A DNA stretch of 64,000 nucleotides from Candidatus Poribacteria bacterium (lineage in GTDB: Bacteria > Poribacteria > WGA-4E > WGA-3G): the NCBI GenBank assembly GCA_965214095.1, contig OZ243938.1, forward strand, positions 2,048,001 to 2,112,000, written 5' to 3'. The position numbers and the translations under genes are program-made. The first letter of the stretch is position 1; each line of letters begins with the position of its first letter. Shown piece by piece: positions 20,311-28,270 of this stretch. The notes under the pieces are model-generated. The model did no database searches. It was not told where the DNA came from and saw nothing but the letters and a program-made list of their open reading frames with translations.

Positions 20311-20508
20311 GCAAAATATAGGAACGGGCATTCCTCCCACACCTAAAGAAGTGGGCTTCCTGTCTAAAACGTTGGTGAGAATGCTATTTCAAAGGTTGAA
20401 ACAGATACGTATGATGGGTGTACCATACAGAGCTATGTTATTCCTGTCCTGCAACAACGACCATCCCAGGTGGTCTAATAATTTTCAAAGCAATATGCTG
20501 AGACAACT

Positions 20509-22551
20509 ATGAAACGAGAAAATATGCAAAAACAGATAATACAAGATAAGACTTTCACGAACTCAATCGGAATGCGGTTCGTAAGAATAGAATCCGGAAC
20601 CTATATGATGGGTTCTGCGGATGCGAACCTTTCAGATGAACTAACCTCAGGTAAAGAATACTTGAAAGATGGAGATTGGGATGAACAACCTGTACATCAG
20701 GTGACGCTCAGCACTCCCTTTCACATTGGAATCCATCAGGTAACGAATGCTCAGTATGAGGAATTCGATCCTTCACATAGCGAACAACGTGGAAAAATCG
20801 GCTTCTCAAAAGACGATGATGAGGCAGTTGTTTTTGTGGATTGGCACGAAGCGACACGTTTTTGCGAATGGCTCTCCGAAAAGGAGGGGCTCCCGTACCG
20901 TTTGCCAACAGAAGCGGAATGGGAATATGCATGCCGTGCAGGAACCATAACCCATTACCATATAGGTGATACTTTACCTGATGAATTTCATAAAAATGTT
21001 TGTGAGAGTTGGTATCCGGATGAGGGACGGAGTCGTGGTGCTGAGGAAATTGTGCCATTACACGTCGGCAAAACAACACCGAATGCATGGGGTATCTACG
21101 ACATGCACGGGAACGTTGAAGAGTGGTGTCGAGACTGGTATGGTCCCTATGAAGCACATCCACAGACCGATCCGAGTGGACGAGAATCAGGTTTATATCG
21201 TGTTACTCGGGGTGGTAGTCACTCAACTTTACTATGTTATCTGCGTTCTGCAAACCGTATGGGTGCTGTGCCTGAAGATAAACATTGGTATATTGGGTTT
21301 CGAGTTGTTTGTGGGGAGATGCCAGAAAAACCCAACCTATTGCCATCACCAAAGGTAGCGTTATGGGGACGTGATGTCAAGCAGGAGAAGACAGATGTTC
21401 CTGCCCCAGAAAAACCGCATTTTGCAGAACCGATTCCGTTTGTCCGTATTCCTGATGGTTCGAACGGTCCGCTATTTACAAATCATAACCATGTTCCTGC
21501 GATAGTAGAATGTCCGAATGGAGATATGTTTGCTGCGTGGTATTCGTGTGTAACTGAACGAGGAAGGGAATTGACAGTCGCTGCAAGTCGTTTGCGTTTG
21601 GGAGAATCGGAATGGGAGATAGCTGAACCGTTTTGGGGACCACCTGATAGAAACAACCATGCAACCTCGCTTTGGTGCAATGAAGATGGGAGGATTTACC
21701 ATTTCAACGGACTATCAGCAGCTGCGACGTGGGGTCCTTTAGCATTAGTGTTACGACATTCCGATGATAATGGGACAACATGGTCAAAACCACGTTTGAT
21801 CTCGCCTGAGCATAGACTGCGTCACATGCCTATCGCATCTGTTTTCCGAAGACAGGATGGTTCAATTCTCTTTGCTTGTGATGCTGTGAGTGGTGGAAAC
21901 GGCGGCACGGTCGTTTGGATAAGTGATGATGACGGAGAGACGTGGTATGAACCTGGTGCTGGTCAACCAATACCAGATTTTGCTGCGGGTAATAGTGGTG
22001 GATGGATTGCTGGTATTCACGGAGCTGTCGTGGAATTGTCTGATGGTCGATTGATGGGGTTTGGACGTGGTGATACGATTGATGGTCGCATGCCGAAAAG
22101 CATCTCTGAAGATGGTGGAAAAACATGGCAATATAGTGCAAGTTCGTTTCCACCTGTTTCTGGTGGACAACGGTGTGTATTCTTTCGACTTCAGGAAGGA
22201 CCGATTTTTCTTGCATCCTTCACAGGAAGCCGTAAAACACCCGAAACAATGCCTATCGTGGACGAATCGGGTAATGAACGCCATGTAACTGGACTATTTG
22301 GTGCACTCTCTTATGATGATGGAGAAACTTGGACAAATATTAGACTGATTTCAGACGACGGTGCTGACAGAGAAATTGAAACAATGGATGGTCGACCTTT
22401 TGTTATGGGATTGAATAGTGCAGAACCGGGTGGGTATCTTGGTGTTACCCAAGGAAGAAACGGTATCATTCATCTCATTAGCAGTAAACAGCACTATCGG
22501 TTTAACTATGCTTGGTTGAAGGAATCGCCACCCTCTCAACAGCAATCATAG
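20509..22551 (+). CDS. FGE-sulfatase (SUMF1-like) domain fused to a BNR/sialidase-like propeller
   Basis: RLPTEAEWEYACR, PNAWGIYDMHGNVEEW, RGGS, IGFRVV; four Asp-boxes SxDxGxTW. Confidence 0.88.
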   Translation: MKRENMQKQIIQDKTFTNSIGMRFVRIESGTYMMGSADANLSDELTSGKEYLKDGDWDEQPVHQVTLSTPFHIGIHQVTNAQYEEFDPSHSEQRGKIGFSKDDDEAVVFVDWHEATRFCEWLSEKEGLPYRLPTEAEWEYACRAGTITHYHIGDTLPDEFHKNVCESWYPDEGRSRGAEEIVPLHVGKTTPNAWGIYDMHGNVEEWCRDWYGPYEAHPQTDPSGRESGLYRVTRGGSHSTLLCYLRSANRMGAVPEDKHWYIGFRVVCGEMPEKPNLLPSPKVALWGRDVKQEKTDVPAPEKPHFAEPIPFVRIPDGSNGPLFTNHNHVPAIVECPNGDMFAAWYSCVTERGRELTVAASRLRLGESEWEIAEPFWGPPDRNNHATSLWCNEDGRIYHFNGLSAAATWGPLALVLRHSDDNGTTWSKPRLISPEHRLRHMPIASVFRRQDGSILFACDAVSGGNGGTVVWISDDDGETWYEPGAGQPIPDFAAGNSGGWIAGIHGAVVELSDGRLMGFGRGDTIDGRMPKSISEDGGKTWQYSASSFPPVSGGQRCVFFRLQEGPIFLASFTGSRKTPETMPIVDESGNERHVTGLFGALSYDDGETWTNIRLISDDGADREIETMDGRPFVMGLNSAEPGGYLGVTQGRNGIIHLISSKQHYRFNYAWLKESPPSQQQS

Positions 22552-22613
22552 TTGCTATAAACCAATATTTGATGTCATAAGGCAATCTGTGGAGATCTTC
22601 AAATCACATGAAA

Positions 22614-23879
22614 TCACTCAATGTAGCCTAAGTTCCGCAACCTGTCCTCCAATATCTTCTTCTCCTCAGGTGTAGAAACTTGTGCCTGCAGGTGTTGGTA
22701 GTTGGAATTCATCAAGATCGCATCATAGGTATCGCGGAACTTATCTGAATTATCACAAGTAAGTTCTTCCCCGCTCATAACATGTCGATAAACATTATCT
22801 CCCGTTTGTTCATCTTCACGATACATATACTCACCGTCAGTTAGTGACCAAAGTCGCACACCTTCAGTATATCTGCTAATCTCCTCGTTATCAACCGTCG
22901 TGCGTGAAGTCACTCGATGGTGTGGCATCTCCAAGTTTTTCTGACTAAGAAAACCGATTCCATACAGACTATCCAATTCCGACAAAACCAAGCGGTTATC
23001 ATCAAATTCCGAGAGTGATAATAAATTTTGTCCATAACCATTATAGTCAGTATCAATACCCGCAAGGTTTGTTATAGTTGGAAACAGATCAATGGCAGAA
23101 ATCGGAACTTGTGGAAATTCTAATTTTTCTACACCGGGAATATGTGCTAACAACGGCACGTGCAGAACATTCTGATTTAGCGTGCTGCCGTGATCAATAA
23201 GTTCCTCACATATCCCTTCTCCGTGGTCTCCGAAGATAAAAACTGCCCATTCTGGCAAGTCAAGCTGCTTCAAGATTTCAACGAGTTTGAACTCAAGTAT
23301 ATGTGTTGCAGCGGCGTAGTAAAATCGCAGTGCTTCATCTGTTTTTCCACGTTTTACAAGTGATCCGAGACTTGGTGCCCCCGGTATGCCGCTCATCCCA
23401 TATCCACCGTGTGTATACCAAAAGTGCAGAAAACAGAACTGCGGTGTCTCTGAAGGTTGCTTCAAATGATGTATCATATCTTCCATAGAACCGAGTTGCT
23501 GTGCTTTCGCTTTCGGGTCAACAGGTGTGATGAAAGACTCATAATCAAGGAAACGAAATACTTCAGCACGTTCAGACCGTCCAGTGATATGATAACCTTC
23601 ATCCGCAAATATTTGGAATAAGTTCGGGATACCATCAAACATCTTCAGGTAGGTCTGTCCATAGACACCATGTTCAAACGGATAAAGTCCGGTAAAGTAT
23701 GAAGTATGGGAGGGACGTGTTGCAGGCGCAGCCACAAAGAACTTTTCTGCAAGTGAGAAATCTTTGGTCAGCAGATCGAACTTCGGTGTATTGAAGAGAG
23801 AATTAGTTCGACTTAGCGCATCATAACGCCAAGCATCTATTGAGATGAGAAGAAACTTATTGATAGACTTTGTTGCCAT
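22614..23879 (-). CDS. Sulfatase-like hydrolase (alkaline phosphatase superfamily, Thr-type motif)
   Basis: ISIDAWR.D, TRPSH...FTG..P..HG, GDHGE, HVPL, RLRNLGYI. Confidence 0.85.
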   Translation of the reverse strand: MATKSINKFLLISIDAWRYDALSRTNSLFNTPKFDLLTKDFSLAEKFFVAAPATRPSHTSYFTGLYPFEHGVYGQTYLKMFDGIPNLFQIFADEGYHITGRSERAEVFRFLDYESFITPVDPKAKAQQLGSMEDMIHHLKQPSETPQFCFLHFWYTHGGYGMSGIPGAPSLGSLVKRGKTDEALRFYYAAATHILEFKLVEILKQLDLPEWAVFIFGDHGEGICEELIDHGSTLNQNVLHVPLLAHIPGVEKLEFPQVPISAIDLFPTITNLAGIDTDYNGYGQNLLSLSEFDDNRLVLSELDSLYGIGFLSQKNLEMPHHRVTSRTTVDNEEISRYTEGVRLWSLTDGEYMYREDEQTGDNVYRHVMSGEELTCDNSDKFRDTYDAILMNSNYQHLQAQVSTPEEKKILEDRLRNLGYIE

Positions 23880-23883
23880 AAAG

Positions 23884-25251
23884 TTAATCCATTAATCGTG
23901 CATTGTATTGTCGTGGAGTGTGTTGGTATCCATCAAATTGGTCAGGGTGAAAAGGTTGCGGCGTGTAGATATACACAGCATCACTATACGGATCATAGAG
24001 GACCACCTCTTCGCGCGCATCACCACAGACATCTGCAGGAAAACAGTGATACCAACCCATTTTACCACCTGTCGGCGGTGGCAGATCGGGAAATGTAACA
24101 ACTTTGTTCCCTTCACTATCATAGAGGGCAGCAGGACTATAAATCAATTCCTGTTTACCATCAGCATGCCACCGTACGACCTCTAATCCCGTATTGTTAG
24201 GCGTTTCGTCAACACGAAAACGACTCTGAATCTGTCCACTGTTGTTAACTACAATTAAGTCAGGATGGTGACCGTTATATCGGATGACTAAATTAGGTTT
24301 TGCATCAGACAGCAAGTTTCCACATCGGATCTCTTGTCCATGCGGCACCTCCTCAAAACCGAGTGATAACACTGGGTTACCTTCGCCATCAAGCACTTGT
24401 CCACCGCCAGAGAGAATTGCCCGGGTTTGACCATCCCATTCCTGAACTAAGACAGAATCTATGTTGTCACCGAGGAAGTTGTCCCAAAGCACCGATCCAT
24501 CTGCCGCAAGACCAAAATTGCCACCATTGACTTCATCAAGTCCATCCCCATTGAAGTCGCCGACAGCAGGGATATATGCAGAATGTTTCGGATAGCGATA
24601 CCATCTGTCTGTATGCTGCCAAAGCAGTTCAAGTTCGTGGTTAAACGCCAGAACATTCACACCGACTTTCACAATGAAATCTTGCGGTTGTGGATTTCCA
24701 CAAAGGTTGGCAATCATCAAACGTTGATGGACATAATTTGGGATATGTAATTCACCATCTACATAAGCATCACATTGTCGCAATGTATCAGAAACAACAG
24801 TATGTTTAATCTCTCCAGTCGCACCATTCAATATCATCAAATGCACCGCAGACAAATCCCACTTACTTACCTCTGACACGTCGGTGTCCACCCAAAAACA
24901 GATTACTTCTGACTGTCCATCTGCATCAATATCATAGATAGCCACGGGGCCAGGTCTGTCCGGTGAGAGTGTCGTTAGAGAGGAATCCTTCACATCTGCG
25001 TCTTTAATTTCAAGGTGTTTATCACCGAGACACCACAACGGTTCTCCTTCGAGTGTAAATGCTCCGAGAAAACATGGATGGATACCACCAAGTGACTTAT
25101 AGACCAGAAAATCAACCGTTCCATTTCCTGTCAAATCACCAATGCGAATATCACCACCCCAAGAACGTCCAGCTGTCTCATTGAGAAACACGTCTGGAAT
25201 TGGAACCCGTTTATAAAAATGTGCTGCTTTTAGCATATTAAGTTTAACCAA
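23884..25251 (-). CDS. FG-GAP/Ca-binding beta-propeller protein, rhamnogalacturonan-lyase-like
   Basis: GDLTGNG, YDIDADG..EV, GDFNGDG.DE, ADVCGDAREEV, Y.HT. Confidence 0.6.
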   Translation of the reverse strand: MVKLNMLKAAHFYKRVPIPDVFLNETAGRSWGGDIRIGDLTGNGTVDFLVYKSLGGIHPCFLGAFTLEGEPLWCLGDKHLEIKDADVKDSSLTTLSPDRPGPVAIYDIDADGQSEVICFWVDTDVSEVSKWDLSAVHLMILNGATGEIKHTVVSDTLRQCDAYVDGELHIPNYVHQRLMIANLCGNPQPQDFIVKVGVNVLAFNHELELLWQHTDRWYRYPKHSAYIPAVGDFNGDGLDEVNGGNFGLAADGSVLWDNFLGDNIDSVLVQEWDGQTRAILSGGGQVLDGEGNPVLSLGFEEVPHGQEIRCGNLLSDAKPNLVIRYNGHHPDLIVVNNSGQIQSRFRVDETPNNTGLEVVRWHADGKQELIYSPAALYDSEGNKVVTFPDLPPPTGGKMGWYHCFPADVCGDAREEVVLYDPYSDAVYIYTPQPFHPDQFDGYQHTPRQYNARLMD

Positions 25252-25254
25252 AGA

Positions 25255-26265
25255 CTATTTTGTATTCTCTGATTTTAGTTCTCCCCAAACCGTAGTTACT
25301 CTATTTTCAGGTTCAACGGAGTATGCTCTACTTGACCAATCATAAATATAGTATCTGTTAGACATACCATCCAATTTTTTAGGCACACCCCCATTAAGGG
25401 GAACTGCAATGTTGCAATAAAGGGTAAGCCCTCTATTGTCCCTACCCCTTATTTGGTAAATAATAGACTTTCCATTAGGTGACCATTTAAGTCCTAAAAA
25501 CGACGAGTGCTCTTGAAGTTCTTTGAGGGTCCGCCAAGTACGCAGGTTATGAAGTGAAATAATACGAATTTCATCTGCAATCGTTACGAAGCTATGCAAG
25601 CGCACTGAGGAAAAAGCAAGTTTTTTTCCATCCGGTGAGAAAACAGGCATGCTACCTACTTTGCTGATATGTATAATTTTTTCAGTTTTGATATCAAAGA
25701 GAAAAACACCTTCAGCGGTGTCGTAAGCGATCTGTTTTCCATCCGGTGACCAAGCGACATTGGTCGCATTTACTTCCTTTAACAATGTAATCTTTGGTGA
25801 AGCTTTTTTCAATTCACGATGGGATATGAAATAGATACCTTTCTTTGGCAGTGGGTCTCTTTCGTGAATCAGACTGTTCACGAAAACGATATCTCCATTT
25901 GGTGAGATGTCCATATCGTAGACATCCTCAACTCGATTATGTGTTAGTTTACGCGGTTTTGCCGGAACTTCAGTTGTATCAATAAGGTATCCTTCATGCT
26001 CAAACGGAGAGATTCCCCTATCATCAACAGAAATGGCAATAAGAGGACCATTTCTTTGTACAGACAAATGCATAATATTAATAGGATCGTCACTTTCTAT
26101 CTTTAAAAGCAGACGGGCATTTTCTGTGTTGTTGATGTGAGTGATCCATAATTCGCTGGACCTAATGCCCATATCCGTTACATAGATGATTTCACTTGTA
26201 ATTTTTGTATCGCCTATGAGTGGAATGAAAAAGATCAAACAGAGACATGAAAGAAGGCACTTCAT
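25255..26265 (-). CDS. Exported PD40/TolB-like propeller protein with conserved C-terminal tag
   Basis: Signal peptide, WSPDGK repeats, SVEPENRVTTVWGELK. Confidence 0.8.
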   Translation of the reverse strand: MKCLLSCLCLIFFIPLIGDTKITSEIIYVTDMGIRSSELWITHINNTENARLLLKIESDDPINIMHLSVQRNGPLIAISVDDRGISPFEHEGYLIDTTEVPAKPRKLTHNRVEDVYDMDISPNGDIVFVNSLIHERDPLPKKGIYFISHRELKKASPKITLLKEVNATNVAWSPDGKQIAYDTAEGVFLFDIKTEKIIHISKVGSMPVFSPDGKKLAFSSVRLHSFVTIADEIRIISLHNLRTWRTLKELQEHSSFLGLKWSPNGKSIIYQIRGRDNRGLTLYCNIAVPLNGGVPKKLDGMSNRYYIYDWSSRAYSVEPENRVTTVWGELKSENTK

Positions 26266-26413
26266 GAGAAATCCTATTATTCTGTGGGGGTTTTAGTAGG
26301 GTCTTCCATATCCATTGGGAATTCAAACGAGCCAAATACCTTTTCAGTGCATCCGGATGAAAGACCTGTAAGAACATACAGACTATAATTCCCTATAATC
26401 TTGTTTCATTCAT

Positions 26414-27178
26414 TTATACAAACGCCTTGAAAAGTCCAACGTAGAGTGCTAACACCTTCTCAGGATCAGGACCGGTATATGCACATTCGTTGGATATGTA
26501 ACCAGAGAAACCGATCCGACTGAACCATTCAAACATCTGTCGATAAAGTTCAAAGGTTTCTGGTATTTCAACTTTGTGTGTATGAACTGAAGTGATATGA
26601 GGTGCAACGCGTGAAAAGAGAGGCTCAATATTTCCATCATCGCAACCAACGAATTGGGAATTGAAGACAAAACCAACATTTGGTAACTGGACACCTTCAA
26701 CAACCTCCATTGCAGAATCCGGGTCTGTGAAGGAGCCGTGCATCTCAATTGAGACTGTAATACCCTTCTCACCAGCATAGTTGCCGAGTGCTTTCAAACC
26801 TTCCGTCACATAACCTACAACAGCGTCCCGGTTTTCCTCTGAATATCGGTCGCCAAGTACGCGAACATGGTCACATACCATGAATTCTGCCATGTCAATC
26901 ACACGGGAAACGCGTCGGACAGTTTCTTCTCGATCATCAGCATTTTCTGAATGGAAATTTTGGCAACTCGTGAGTGAAGAAATAACAACACCACTTGAAT
27001 CTACTTGCGATTTCAACCCATCCCAAGCATCTTTAGGTGTATCCCACTCAAACCCATGTTTCTGTTTGTAATCCATCAATAGTTCAACACCGTGATAACC
27101 AGTAGCCTCAGCGACATCAAGGATTCGCTTGAGTTCCCAATCTTGACATGTTTGATATGTATTTAACGCCCACTTCAT
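26414..27178 (-). CDS. Sugar phosphate isomerase/epimerase (AP endonuclease 2 TIM barrel)
   Basis: GY.GVEL, IEMHG, GFSGYISNE. Confidence 0.8.
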   Translation of the reverse strand: MKWALNTYQTCQDWELKRILDVAEATGYHGVELLMDYKQKHGFEWDTPKDAWDGLKSQVDSSGVVISSLTSCQNFHSENADDREETVRRVSRVIDMAEFMVCDHVRVLGDRYSEENRDAVVGYVTEGLKALGNYAGEKGITVSIEMHGSFTDPDSAMEVVEGVQLPNVGFVFNSQFVGCDDGNIEPLFSRVAPHITSVHTHKVEIPETFELYRQMFEWFSRIGFSGYISNECAYTGPDPEKVLALYVGLFKAFV

Positions 27179-27187
27179 AATAAATCT

Positions 27188-28264
27188 CTACTCCTGAATC
27201 GGTATCGGGTACCAGAGTCCACCTGTCTTAGTTGACAAAGCCCGATGTGTCGTATGATTAATGCCAATGACATCAACTGTGATCTTGTTTTGTTGACACT
27301 GACGTAGTACATCTAATAATTGAATAGATCCCTTACTTGCTTCATCTGTCACAAGCACAAAACGTCGATTAGCCTCTTCCCGAAATTTAACCCGTCGAAT
27401 TGCTTTCATGATCGCATCATGAGCACGTTCATCACCTGCTGCAGCGACAACATGTGTCGTCAATAGTCGTTTATATCTCTCTACGTCCCATGTCGGTTGA
27501 TGAACGATGGTGTCTCTATCAAGATACCTGAAAAGAACAATACCCAGTCTAAAGTCTATACCTTTCTCTTCAAAAACCGTAGCCATCTGGATTAGTTGTC
27601 TGCCAACAGCACGAATATTATCTATCATACTCCCGCTTATGTCAAGCAGAAAAACGACATCTACGACCCGTTCTGTTCTACTATCAGCGACACTTTCTGC
27701 GATACCTTCTAACGCTTCACCCATCTTTCCATCTCTGTCAATAGGCAGTGGCGCGTTTTCAGTCTGTTGTTGGATTGTGCCTGCTTGTTTCTGCACTTTT
27801 TCAGCGATTGGTGTGATGGTTGGTGACTTTGCATTCTCAATTGCTATTGATTTCCATTCTGGATTTTTAGACACAATTTCACTTAACGTTGTCTCTTCCA
27901 TCGGCAAATTTGCCTCTGTTCCGACTGCTGTCATGGATGTACCAGTGTTTATAGGACGCGTAGAGTTGATCGGTTGAGCAGCATTCTGTTTGGTTATTTC
28001 CGCCGCATTTGAAGACACAGGGCGACGTTTCGGCATTGAACGTTTGCGTTTGCTACTCATGTGGAAACGTTTTGGTGTAGACACTAACACAACATCCGAT
28101 ATCAAAGGGTCAGAAGTAAGTTGCGGACGATACCATCGGACATAGCTTATACTTACAAGCGCAATCATAACGCCGTGTAATATCAACGACATCAGAAACG
28201 CGCGATGCATTTTTATGCGTTTTTGCTTAAGTGTTTTTGAATATATCTCAAAAAGCATGTCCAT
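27188..28264 (-). CDS. Membrane-anchored VWA domain protein
   Basis: SLILH TM anchor, DISGS MIDAS, VTDE. Confidence 0.85.
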   Translation of the reverse strand: MDMLFEIYSKTLKQKRIKMHRAFLMSLILHGVMIALVSISYVRWYRPQLTSDPLISDVVLVSTPKRFHMSSKRKRSMPKRRPVSSNAAEITKQNAAQPINSTRPINTGTSMTAVGTEANLPMEETTLSEIVSKNPEWKSIAIENAKSPTITPIAEKVQKQAGTIQQQTENAPLPIDRDGKMGEALEGIAESVADSRTERVVDVVFLLDISGSMIDNIRAVGRQLIQMATVFEEKGIDFRLGIVLFRYLDRDTIVHQPTWDVERYKRLLTTHVVAAAGDERAHDAIMKAIRRVKFREEANRRFVLVTDEASKGSIQLLDVLRQCQQNKITVDVIGINHTTHRALSTKTGGLWYPIPIQE

Positions 28265-28270
28265 CTCCTA

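Larger units (their letters stand above)
20043..20374 (-). mobile_element. Non-autonomous IS200/IS605-type element without protein gene (PATE-like)
   Basis: Terminal hairpins 20336-20355 and 20051-20070; follows TCAC on minus strand; no TSD; excision restores TAT CGT GAG (YRE). Confidence 0.8.
18077..20478 (+). pseudogene. AAA-like domain protein, apparently internally deleted and split by two IS200/605-type insertions
   Basis: SPFNI...L.NFT..QV.ELY.QY..ETG, T.GQPFLVN; removing both inserts gives a continuous QLAAYLKLENAREGFYVVFDYRENAISKVET...SQVV* frame; no Walker A seen. Confidence 0.75.

Noticed and set aside
20110-20512. Short ORFs 20110-20346 and 20252-20512
   Set aside because: They run across hairpins and element ends with no recognisable protein; the AAA tail frame explains the 3' part
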